Part shown: positions 27,885-39,600 of the stretch, piece after piece
Position numbering within the stretch: the stretch's first letter is position 1
How the letters are laid out: every line of letters starts with the position of its first letter
DNA from: Marsupella aquatica
Taxonomy: Eukaryota > Plantae > Marchantiophyta
Direction of reading: 5' to 3'
Length of the DNA stretch: 64,000 bases
Assembly: GCA_973895155.1 (NCBI GenBank)
Contig: OZ316892.1
Span: 21,143,619-21,207,618 of the forward strand
The notes under the pieces: model-generated
Databases searched by the model: none
Told to the model about the DNA's origin: nothing
What the model saw: only the letters and a program-made list of their open reading frames with translations
Program-made: the position numbers and the translations under genes

Positions 27885-30800
27885 ATGCAGCCGTGGGGAA
27901 AGAATTTTGTGAGCAAGCTCAACCCGTATGCGGAGGAGTTCGTTCCGGCAGCGAAGCGGATGAAATTGTCCCATGAAGGTCGTTTGGCTGACCTTGATGA
28001 TATAATATAATTCGCCTTCACGAGTTGTCCGCCTGTCCGTCTGTCCGTTCGTCATCTCCTGTGTGATCCTCCGTCTTCTCGTCGTTTTCCTCGTCGTTGT
28101 GCTTCTCCTCCTCCTCCTCGTCCTCCTTCCACGGATGTTTTTCAACGTGAATGATCACGAGTAGAAGCTTGCTACTGGATAACAGCAATTTTAAGCACTC
28201 GCTCGACGACGCAAGTCCATGGCCGAAAGGTTTGTCAGGTGTCCTGCTGAATTCTGCCGTGTTTGTCGTCGATGTTGGAAGTCCGAAAGGCTTGTGAGGT
28301 GTCCTCTGTTTATGTCAATTCCATGTTTGGTTGGTCCTCGAAGTCCGAAAGTTTGCTAGGTGTCCTACACTTTTCTTAATTCCGTGTCTCTCGTCGATGG
28401 TCCGAGTTGAGGTTCGCCGAGCGTCTATCGGTGGTGATAATTCTATGTCTCGTCGATGTTCGTCGTAAATACCTCACCAATTTCGGTCTGAGCAAATTTA
28501 GGTTGCGGTTGGTCGGGGCTTTCTAAATCCCTCTTCTGCAAAGCACTTCTCGTGTCCTCCTATCGGCCAGTGTTCGGTTTGCCCATATCGTGAGGTCAAT
28601 TGGAAGTTCTTGCCCGGTCCAGAAGTGACTACCAGAATTAGCACATACCCTCAGCTGAGTTGGGATACTAAAACATGAGCCAAAGTCCCCGGGGCTCGTC
28701 TCGCAAGATGTGAATGAGCCTACTCTAGGTGCCAACTATTTTGTAATTTTTCTGGGTGAGTTCACTCTTTTTCCTCTTGGGGGCACTATGAATCACTTCT
28801 TGCTCTTCTCCTCTCGTCCTCGCTCTTTTCCTGCCCTCCAGTTGAGGAGTGTTCGCTCCCTTATTATGTCTCCTCACTCAAAAGCCTCTTGTCCACTGCC
28901 CTTTCGCTCGCTGTCAACTTAATGAGGCAGCAACCGTCCAATCTCGTTCTCCATAACTTTCTGTTTGGACTTCCTCGGCCTCCCCTCGACTTTCGAGCGG
29001 GCAGGCTGCTCAATTTGGGAATGACAGTCCTTGGAATACCTTCTTAACTGAAAGAGCATGCTCGTGTAACTCGTCGGTGATATTGTCTGGAATTCGTAAA
29101 TTCTCTCGCCTCACAGTTCTCCATTCCTACGAACTTATCCAAGCTGAAATGGACTGCAACTGTGTACGGAATATCTATTCACAACAGGGACAGTCGTGCC
29201 AGTGATCAAACTAGTTGCAGAGCACTCTCGTTGTTTTTCTCTCTCATTATGGCGCATGGTTTTTTCAAGAATTTTTTACTTCTTCAAGCTGACCCTATTT
29301 ATTGCGCCCAAATCTTGAGACGTTTAGCTTAATTGGCGTTGCAAGGAAGGACCCGTGAACTGGAAGTCGGTTGCCCAGCTTCCTTGAAGTAGTTACAGTG
29401 ATAGTCAGAGAAGATACCTTTTTGTTGGCCATGGTCATCTTCTATACCATTATAGGTATTGAAAAGACAACATTATTCCAGCAATCTCGACGATACGGGT
29501 TGCATAGCGGAATTGTGGCGGCTAGGGGATATGCAGCTAATCAGAATACCTCAGCTAATTCCTTGAATTGTGTGTGTGCAGGAGAAGGTAGTTCTTCTTC
29601 TTCTCACTTCAGACCCAGTCCCGACGAACCAACTTACGTCAACTTATTCAAGCCAGGCAGTTACTTCAGCAGTTACAAGAGAGTGACCAGCAAGCGGGAG
29701 AGAGAAGAGTGGAGGGACCATGCCGACATCGAACCCTTCAGGTGGCATGATCCGTCCAGCCCCTGTGATTGTATAGACCGGTGGCGCCGTCCTCCAATAA
29801 TGCTGGGGTACTCTCATTCCCCTCCCGTGCACGAAGACGTTGAAGAATTTTCCTCTGACGAAGAATGTCTTGCAGTGGAAATAGATGACAGAGAAGCCTT
29901 CAGGTGGAGTGAAGATGATTCTGATGATGCCAGCGATTCAGGGATTTGGTGTGGTAGAAGTGGATCTAAAATTGAACCTGTGAGGAAAATCAACAGGAGT
30001 AGGGTTGTGACCAGATTATCAAAGACCTTGGAAACCAGGCAGGAATGGATGGACCCGAGTCTATGGAAAGGGTTGCAGGAAGATCTCCTGCTGCAGATAT
30101 TTGCCAAGTTGCCTTTCAGAAGCTTGAGTCGACTCCGCATGGTCTGTAAGTCCTGGAATTCTGTAATTTACAACCGGGAATTTCTAGACCTCTGCCCTAG
30201 ACTTCCAGCGGAAGCACCGTTCTGCATCATATTTGACCATTTAGTGCAAGGGTATTCAATTTACAATCCTGCCTCACATACATGGTATCGTCTTCCCCGC
30301 TCGTTCTTCTCATTTAGTGCGAAGAAAGCTTGCCTGCTCGCGTCGGCTGGAGGGCTCTGCTTGTTTGAAGCGTTTGGGCACACGGAAAGAGCTCTCTATG
30401 TTGTGAACCCAATGAACAAGACGGAGAGAAAACTACCATCAATGCTTGGGAGTGGAAATGCGGACGAGTTTGTGTATGTAGAGATGGCCATCGACCGGGA
30501 AACTGATTCTTTCAGGGTTATTGCCGTAGAGTCGATCATTTATCCCAACAATGATACGGAGGATGAAGACGAAGATGACACTGACAACGACGAGGATAAC
30601 CCCTCCGTTAACCTGCATGTCATTGTGAGTTTTCAAGTCTACAATTCACGGAGGAATTCGTGGGAGACGAGGTTGATGGAGGTCGATGAGAAGTACAAAG
30701 AGATCCTGAGCACTGCTTTGTATGATGGTGAATTGTACTGCTTGATACGGACGTTAGATAATCGATACGTTGTCTACCTTATGGGACAGGAGGCAGAAGA

Positions 30801-31254
30801 CCAACACAAATTTGAGAGGAAGGTAGGCGACGTCGTTGAGCTGTCTCAATTTGACCATGACATGCCTTTCTTACACCTTTTCGAACAGCGAGGACATCTA
30901 ATGATATGTGGCAAATCAAGGTCGGCTCCTGGATTAGGTGTTCGCATTTGGCAGCTTGATGCACAGAGAATGAAGTGGAAGGAAGTGCAGAGAGTTCCGA
31001 AGAAGCTGCGTAGCAAATTCGTAAAACTTAGCTGGAGGTCCCGGGTGTTTGTTCATGGGAATTACATGTGGGTAAGTGGGGTAAACAAGGAATTGGTTAT
31101 GGCTAATATAGCAAACAAGTCGTGGTGTCCTGTGCCTCGGTACACTTTGGGCTGTGCTCAGGACTGTAGCTGGAGTCCTAGCCCGAAGCGTAGGACCTCC
31201 AGGTACCGATGCACTCTTTTCTTGTTTGAGCCTAGATTGGACCTGGTGGCCTAG
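27885..31254 (+). CDS. F-box protein with kelch/FBA-like C-terminal region and N-terminal PAM2 motif, 2 exons, ~588 aa
   Basis: Exon 1 27885-27978 (MQPWGKNFVSKLNPYAEEFVPAAKRMKLSHE, phase 1, GT donor; in-frame stop upstream at 27840). Exon 2 29582-31254 after a TGCAG acceptor, phase matches. F-box LWKGLQEDLLLQIFAKLPFRSLSRLRMVCKSW followed by LLASAGGLCL...LYVVNPM and a terminal FLFEPRLD. Confidence 0.88.
28220..28400. repeat. Intronic degenerate ~60-bp repeat x3
   Basis: CCGAAAG(G)TTTG..AGGTGTCCT...AATTC..TGT..GTCGATG recurs at ~28223, 28283 and 28344. Confidence 0.6.
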
Positions 31255-34123
31255 TAAAGGCTTCTTCTTCATAAATTTGATGACATTCCAAGGTTTGTTG
31301 AATTTTCTCTGAAAGTAACGAGGGAAAATTAGGGGTCAAGATGCGGTTCGAGGATATCATAAAGGGAGTTACGCAGTTAGCCTCGATATGTGTTGGCTGC
31401 TCCCAGGGCAGGCCGAAATTTTAGCTTGACGAGCTCCTCAGCGTACTGGGCACCCGATATGTTTAGCTGTCTGGAGAAACCATATTGTTGAAGTGCGCTC
31501 ACCGGACGCTACCTGTTCTGCCTCTCAAAGTACCGCTTTGGGTGGACGTAGAGACAGTGTATCTCACCGCCATTATGACGAGAATTGTTGCAAGGAAGAT
31601 TGTCTCCTCTGAGGACAGTAGCTGGAAGTATTTATGGACATCATCTGTAAGGTACCGCTACGCCTATTGCTGTTTAATCATAGATAGGACTTGGCGTCCT
31701 ACCAAAGGTTCACTTGAGAGGTTTTGGCAGTCATTCCATTTTGCGTCGTAGGGCAGAGCATTAATTTGGAGAAGTTCAACTTATGTATATCCCTTAGCAA
31801 ATTCTGTTTCCTCCACCGCTCTTGGCGTGTGATTTGGATGAAATTGGCCCTGAATCACAGAGGTTGCACTGAAGGTCGTGTTTAAGAGCACAGCAATGTA
31901 AAGAAGACCCCTTGGTATGCTGGACTACTTTAACTGATTTGGACTCCAGATAGTTGTACTGAAAGCTTTTCATGAGGTGGTTTTCAGTGAAAGAATTTCA
32001 GTAGGTGTTTTAAGTTGTTTTGGGGATTTCTGAGGTTCTGCTTGTAACTCTTCATGGTGAATAACTTATCATGAAGACCGAAAATCTTCAGACATGAATC
32101 ATGATCTGTACGCCAGCTGTCGTTCACCCAACGTTCCGCCTTCAGGCCACTCAGGTTTGGTTGAGCAATTCCTGAGAAGCCCAATTCCTTTCGAATTCTT
32201 TGTTCGGAATGGACTCTTGCCTTGACGAATTAGGAGACCTGATGTGTAGTGTAAGCTGTCCAGGAGGTGATGTAGGTTTTCTAGTGAAAATACTGGCAAT
32301 CTGTATGGATTCCATTGCCTTTGCCCTTTCATGAACGGGGAAGGAAGCATTTTTTTTAAGCAATGACAGTCTCACAACGTTTTGGTAGCCTCACAACCCC
32401 TTGCCGCAAATTTCCTTTTACTTGGAGCACGGTCTTCCTTCTGGCCAGCACAAGTGGTAAAATCCACAGTTTAGGGCGACGTCAAGTTTCTTCTCAATGA
32501 TCTCCAATGGACCAGTTGAATGGATATGGCACACTGCCCTTTATGCTCGTCACCTGTTGATTACTTACCATCAATTTTGGTTCTCACTCACTTGTGTTTC
32601 ATATGTTGAGGTTGACAATGATGGTCGTCCCCGGTGGATGCCCAGAACGTCATCCAATCTTAGTTATCATGTCAGCTTCTGGAGTATCCTCAGTACCTGC
32701 ATCGAGCAAGGTGTGAGGTTCGTGGAACGGTTTTTTCATGATGCCAGTGGAGTCGGTGAACCTAGACGAATGGAAAACCATCACCATCACTCTTGGTTAA
32801 AGAATGGAATTCCACCTTGTACGTCAACGCTAGATACACTAATGGTCAGATTCATTTTCTCGATATCCTGATCATGCTTTGGCACTGCTGTGGACTGTCA
32901 CAAGGTCTAAGTGGGCTGTGTAATTTTCCCTTCGCACATAACTTTCCCTTCAGCACATATTACGCGGTCCACACTATTAGAGGGCAACTGGGGACAATTT
33001 TCTAAACTCTGTCCAAATTTTGCCTTCACGAGGGACTTGAGAGTTTCAGAGCATGTTACTTGATGGTTCGTGCGAAGAGTTGCACTTCCATGACTCATCA
33101 CAACACACATTTCGCAGTACTAGACTGCACAGCTTGTATGTCAGTAGCTCTGGAGCTCTTGAGGACATGCTACTGCCAGTAGGAATGAAATGACTTCGTT
33201 ACGACCCGACCCAGTACATATTCTCGCCTTCCACATTGCTTGATTACACCAGTGGCAGCATTGTCCCTTTGGATCCATCTTATTCTTGGGACTTACTCCC
33301 TTGGAATCTCTAGACTTGTTCTCATTTTGGCCCAAATTTCGCACACTGCGTGTAGAGATTTTAATGTCGAGAATTTCACACTTTCGAGCCTATCAAAACT
33401 CGCAGCCATGTGTGGATTGCCTTCCAAAACTACACATGCTTTATAAATACATGGGGTGACCCTGAGTTGGCATTTATTATTTATTGCATTTGTGGACAGG
33501 CGCTCTCTGATAGCCCTTCAATCCAGCCTCGCTGCAATCTGTTCTGTTGACAAAATGTTGTGATCTATGGCGAAAATGTAATGTGTGGTTAATCTTACAA
33601 AAAATGGTGCTAAAAAATATTGAAAAGCAAGGGCAAAAAAATAGTAAAATGACTGGATTTAACCAATTGGCTTTGGTGAGTTGGCAAGGGGATGAGACTA
33701 GAACTGAGAGGTCCAGGGTCAATCCTCCCTCCACACTCAAGGGGTGTGTGTGCAGTGGTGAGACTATAATTGGTTATCTCCTACTTTGGTGCCTTGGTTT
33801 AACCCTCTCTCCCTCCTGGTCTGTGGCCGTGTCGGACCCCGGGTATTGTCATCTTGTGGCTACCGTACATAGAATCACATGCTCCAGAGTAGGACGTCTA
33901 TCCTATCTGACATCTCACCCGTTTTTGAAATACATCAAATGTGATACATTCCTGCCTCATTCCCCGTTCCTTGAAACTAAATAGAGATGAGACAGAAAAC
34001 CTTGAAGAAAGAGGATTCCTCTTACTTCCTGTTCATCGTTGCCCTCATCCTTGCTTCTAGTCTGCACCCTCACTTTGAATGATGCCCTCACTTAGAGTTA
34101 AGGTCTAGAGGCTTCGCTCTCGA

Positions 34124-34189
34124 CAGTAAGTCCAGGAACTAGCTTCAGTAAGTCCAGGAACTAGCTTCAGTAAGTCCAGGAACTAGCTT
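34124..34189. repeat. Perfect 22-bp tandem repeat x3
   Basis: CAGTAAGTCCAGGAACTAGCTT repeated three times. Confidence 0.95.
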
Positions 34190-35717
34190 TCCATCGCACT
34201 TTATTTGTTAAATAAGCAAGTTAACTACTTTCAAAGTTGTCTCAGAGGTTTTGAGTACACAATTTTATTATAGCATCTTGAGCCCTACATTATGAGAAAC
34301 GTCATTTACAACTCAAGTTTAAACATCAAGTAACTTGGGTCCAAAGTATTGGCCCCAGAATACAGAAGTAATGTAGGAACAATGAATCATAGGCTGGATG
34401 TAAATTAATGCTCAGGTCAGCCCGTGTAAGTGCTAACACTTCAGAAAGACCAACCAAAATGAACATCATCTGGTTTTATAGATTCGTGCATGCAAAAACC
34501 TTGTGGAAGGTGGAGGTCAAAACTTTTGTGAAATTGAATCCCCATAGGAGTTCCAACGCAACCACTTTTGACCAGTATGGCATGTCTAAATAGTATTTTC
34601 TCTTTTAAAACATTTGAAAAATATATAACTGATTGGTGTCAACATTCATGTACAGGTGCTGCATAGATATATTCATTTCCTCGTATCCACCTCACATCTT
34701 TGGAGGTGTAACCTTGTCCTGGAATCATAACAAGAAAGACAGATTGGATTGTGGTAATTCTTAGGTTGATAAATAATTGGCAAGCATCATTATCTGCATC
34801 ATTGAAACAACAGGATTGAGTAACAATCTCCAATCATCTAGTGAGAACATTAATACCTCAAATGACTTAAAGTCGGGCATGGGGTACTACTATCCAGGGA
34901 GATTTTGATTCCTGTTGATCAAGATTTAGCCAAAAGAACCCTGACCCAACCTTCCAAACTTTCAATCCGATCCGATTGTAAAACGATGCATACCGACAAA
35001 ATTCTGGCAAGATCATTCTGTCCTCCATCACTAATATCACCAAATATGAGCGGTTCAGAACATCGGCCACCATGAGCAACCGCCATTTGCATCACCACAT
35101 ATCCAACTCAACTGTTGTATGGCCTAGTTACAACATCTCCTGTCTTAGATAGAAAGTGCAGTATCCTATAACAATACAGAACATAGCTTCTTTCAGCATT
35201 GCCGTAATTGGCTTAGGCATTACGATTCTCCTGAGTAAATCCCTTGGTCCTTCTTTATAGACTTTAAGGTACTGAACGAGTTAGAGGCTTCTAAGACATC
35301 ACAAGGCAAAGTCCGATAAATTGATAAACTCACGTGCTCATTCAACTTGAGCCTGGCTGAATCCTTTGACAGCCAAAAAACTTACCGAGCCTCCCGGGAG
35401 CAGATGGCTGAAGGCATGCCAGTCAAAACGTAGGAAAAGGTGTGCCAGTAGTATGTGGCAAGCCTCATGCACTATAGTAACCTCTTATTCTCTTCTGGCA
35501 TCTGTAGGGGTGCGATCAATATGCAACTATTCTCAAACTTGGGGGTTGTAGCAACAATGCTTTAAACGTGTGATTGTGTTGACCCCAGAGTACAGAGCAG
35601 AAAGAAAACAAAGACTGGCAGAAAAAGCAGAAAAGACACAATTTCAAGTCTTTGATCTTTTTCTGTTGCTTGAGTGGGGCTTGAATAAGTTTTAGTACCT
35701 AATATGTGGGTGCTGTA

Positions 35718-36059
35718 TGAAGAATTTTTCTGATAATGCTTGATTAGCCCTCGTGATTGAGGGGAATTATACACAGAGAAAGAGACTGCCGTTAAGCGAC
35801 AACTAAGAATCACCGTAGGATTAGAACCATCAGAGGGATGGGAGACAGCCATCACAGCGGAGCAAGTGGTTGGAATCCTAGGTGGGATTTGTCCTAAGGA
35901 ACTAATTTTGTGATCGTTGATCTGCCTAGCGACCATAATAATGGATTGCTTAACAAACATGAATTAATTACAGCTAATCACCGGCTCACTAATTAAGTGA
36001 GGCAGTAGGCGTGATGAAGACAGAACCCGAGGACAATGTAGCTCCGTAGATTTTCAACA
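35718..36059 (-). repeat. Copia 3' LTR
   Basis: TG...CA ends; adjacent to the PPT; near-identical to 41280-41621. Confidence 0.95.
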
Positions 36060-36153
36060 CCCCCTCTTGATCTCATCACGCATAGAGGAGAAGAGAAGAC
36101 ACAACGCCAACAGGCAACAGGGAGAATAATCAGAACAGATAGAAAGCGAGAGA

Positions 36154-36618
36154 ATGGCGCAAGCAGATATCACACTGCGCGATACGTCAATCCAGTTCTT
36201 TCTAGCAATGTTGGACTTCCTGTCAGCTTTGGCACGGTACTTGATAGACTCCCTTCGATGTGGTCGAGAAGAGAGGTCGAGTTCAGGAGAATGTGAAGAA
36301 CGTGAGGTCCCGGCAACTCGTAGGCCAGAAGCTGTCCGTTCAGCGGTGGAGTTGTCACCGATTCCAGTTCCCTCGGATTCAGACGCAGCTCATGTCTCCT
36401 GGCCTCCGGTTATGGGAATTCCGGTTGCAGTAGTTCCAAAGGTATCGATAGAGCCTCCTCATAGATATTATGCAGTGGCAAGAGGTCGACGGCCAGGAGT
36501 ATACACGACTTGGGAGGAGACAGAGCCGCTGGTCAGTGGCTATAGAGGGAACAAGTTCAAATCGTTCAGAACTAGGCAGGAGGCGGAGATATATCTGCTA
36601 CGTAACGGTGCCCGCTAA
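36154..36618 (+). CDS. Antisense accessory ORF of the Copia element: hydrophobic N-terminal helix, Pro-rich linker, RNase H1 N-terminal hybrid-binding (Cauli_VI/viroplasmin-like) domain
   Basis: Intact ATG-to-TAA ORF of 154 aa. C-terminus YYAVARGRRPGVYTTWEETEPLVSGYRGNKFKSFRTRQEAEIYL fits the HBD consensus (FYAV..GR..GIY..W.EC...V.G...A..K.F.T..EA..Y). No RNase H catalytic domain follows. Confidence 0.85.
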   Translation: MAQADITLRDTSIQFFLAMLDFLSALARYLIDSLRCGREERSSSGECEEREVPATRRPEAVRSAVELSPIPVPSDSDAAHVSWPPVMGIPVAVVPKVSIEPPHRYYAVARGRRPGVYTTWEETEPLVSGYRGNKFKSFRTRQEAEIYLLRNGAR

Positions 36619-36693
36619 GCTTAGAATGAGAGATTGAGTAGCTGAGTATCATGATTTTGTCAGCAGAGCTTGGGCTAGGGGTCTCATGCCTAG

Positions 36694-39600
36694 CTAGTCA
36701 CGGTTTCTGCAGAATTTTGCTTTAGGAAGAGCTTTAGTCAGAATGTCGGCAACCTGTTCATCCGACCTTACATGTTGTACTGAGATTTCTCCCTCTAATA
36801 CTCTCTCCCTAATAAAGTGGTGGTGTATCTCGAGATGCTTAGTTCTGGCGTGAAATACCGGATTTTTGGCCAGTTTGATTGCACTCATATTATCGCAGTG
36901 CATGTGCAAGTCCTGTAGAGTAGGAACGATGGACCTTTCGAGATTGACTGATATTTCCGAGTTTGTGTGCTTGAGATTGCTCAGAGCAATTCTATGTTGT
37001 TGTAGTTCTTCGATGAGTCTTTTCAGATAGACTCCTTCCTGAGCACCGTCGGATAGTGCTCTGTACTCAGCTTCCGTTGTTGAGAGGGAAACTGTGGGCT
37101 GCCTATTGCTGCTCCAGGCCACGGGACCCATTGCAACTTTGTGAATGTATCCGCCTGTGGATCTACGTGTGTCTGGGCAAGAGTTGCCCCAATCTGCATC
37201 TGTGTACCCTTGAATTTCCAGTGAGCTCCCCCTCAGCTTGCAGTATGTCGTGACATCCATTTCCGGAGTATTAGTTTCGGCAGATAGTTCCAGACCTTCT
37301 GGCAGAGGTGTAGCAGTAGGTTGACAGTCCTCCATCCCGTATTCATGGACCAGTTGGTCTGCATAGAATTTTTGATGTAGTAATATGCCGGCATCAGACT
37401 GATGGAAGTCTACTCCGAGGTAGCGTCTGGCAGTGCCGAGATCTTTCATTTCATACTTGGATTGCAGCTGCTTTTTGAGTTTGGTGATGAGGTGTCCTCC
37501 GCTCCCAGTGATAAGCAAGTCATCTACAAATAGTAGAATAATTGTTGTTTTTCCATCTTGCTCCTTGAAGTATAGATTTGGATCGAGAGAGCTTCTGGTG
37601 CATCCGATTGACCTGAGAAATGCATCCATTTCCTTGTACCATTCCCTGGGACTTTGCTTTAGACCGTAGATGGACCTTCGTAATTGGCAGACCAGTTCTT
37701 CATGACTTGGAATGATGAAGCCTGGTGGTTGTTTCATGTAAATGAGTTCCCGTAGGGTGCTATTGAGGAACGTTGTTACCACGTCCATATGCAGCAGGGG
37801 CCATTTGAGTGCAGCGGCTAGAGCAACTATGAGACGAACTGTTGACCATCTAACCACCAGGGCAAATGTTTCATCATAATCAAGCCGTTCTCTTTGTTTG
37901 TTGCCATAGGCCACTACTCGAGCTTTAAGTTTTGAGTTTCCTGCATGGTCAATCTTCTCCCTTAGTACCCATCGAGCGGATAGGGCCTTCTCCCCAGGAG
38001 GAAGATTGACGAGATCCCATGTGCCATTTTTCTCGTGAGCTTGTCTGAAGCTCTAGTTGCATTGCCTCAATCCAGCGAGGATCCTGAAGAGCGTCACTGA
38101 GTTGAATGTCGTTACTGGAGTCAACAATAAAGGCAGTGCACAACGCTGATATTTCAGCTTCGAGTGAGACATGAAAGTCATCGTACTTGCGAGGGAAGGA
38201 GGTTAGTCGCTCAGAGGGAGGTCGTGTGCATTCAGGATTTCGGTGGCGAGCCCGCCGTATTGGTGGAGGAGGAGGGGTCGGGAATGGATCTAGGGAGGCA
38301 GCATTGGGAGATGTAGATGGATCAGTTGGTAGATAAATAGGATCGATGGGATTTGAAGGAACTGTGGAGTCGTCGGAGGGTTGTGAGTCAGTAGCATCAA
38401 ATGAAAATAGATCGAATAGACTCTCAGAGTGGCCCGTTGGTGACGGAAGGAAGTCACCAGGAGTGGACTCGTCAACAATGACGTCGTGAGAGATGAGGAT
38501 TTTTCGAGTGGCTGGGTCGAAGCAGCGGTAGGCCTTGCTTTGGTCATCGTAGCCGAGTAGAACGCACTTGATGGACCTGGCTTCCAGCTTGTTGCATAAG
38601 GCGGACGGAACATGGACATATGCTATGCTGCCTATGACCCAAAAGTGATTAAGCTTAGGCTTTGTAGACGTCAAACATTCAAATGGTGTAGAGAGATTGA
38701 GAGCACGAGTGCTGCAGCGGTTGTTGATGTGATTGGCAGTGCAAACTAATTCCTCCCAAAGATATGCGGGGCATTTGACCCAAACAATAATGATCTAGCG
38801 ATATCCAGGAGGGTGTGATTCTTCCTTTCAACAACCCCATTTTGATGAGGGGTTCTAGCAACCGTCAGTTGCCGAGATATGCCATGGGTTAGATAGAAGG
38901 AGCGAAAGAGCTCAGATGTGTATTCCCCGTCCCTATCGCTACGTACGCAGGCAATCTTGGAGTCAAATGCCACTTCAACATGGGATTTAAAGAATTTAAA
39001 TGACTCTAGTGCCTCGCTTTTGAGCTTGAGAAACTTGACCCACGTAAATCTGGAATAGTCGTCAGTGAAAGTAATAATGTACCTTGCGCCGGAGAGTGCT
39101 GGTATGGGAAATGGTCCACATAAGTCCGTGTGAATCAGCTCCAGAGGTTTGTGTGATTTGGAGGCGGTAGCCTTGGGAATTTTGTGACGAGTTGTTTCCC
39201 CTTCACGCATGTCTCGCAGACGTGGTCCTCAGATGTCAATGGAGGGACTCCAGTAACAAGGTTATGCCGAGTCATGTGAGCAATTCTCTGAGAGCTGGAG
39301 TGCCCCAGTCATTGATGCCATAGTTGAGACGTAGAGAGTGGTGATTCGGACAGATGACATTGGGCCAATAGACTTGGGTGCATGAGAAGTCTACGTTGAG
39401 AACATTTGGTCGGGTCGACTGTGCTGGGAAGTTGCTCGGAGGCCTCAATCCAAGGGTTGTCCCATATCATGCTCGAAGTTTTGGGGGAATAAACACCCTA
39501 AAAGTTAAGTCAATAAAGTTTTTTTAGGAATTTTTTTACCCCTAACTTAATAGAATATTCCAAGAATATTCCCATATTTGATTTAAAAAACCCCTATGAT

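Noticed and set aside
27486-28145. 219-aa Arg/Thr-rich minus-strand ORF
   Set aside because: Low-complexity translation of CT/GA-rich leader and intron sequence antisense to the F-box first exon.
29371-29581. N-terminal 70 aa of the 627-aa F-box ORF
   Set aside because: Starts at TTG and lies upstream of a good TGCAG acceptor at 29581; best explained as intron read-through, with the true exon 1 at 27885-27978.
31900-35700. Possible decayed transposon coding sequence and a tRNA-like stretch near 33670-33735
   Set aside because: No diagnostic transposase or RT motifs, no termini and no full cloverleaf could be supported by eye.
35562-35960. 132-aa ORF, and the matching first ~100 aa of ORF 40359-41522
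   Set aside because: Translations of LTR sequence; gag more plausibly starts at ATG 41219, downstream of the PBS.
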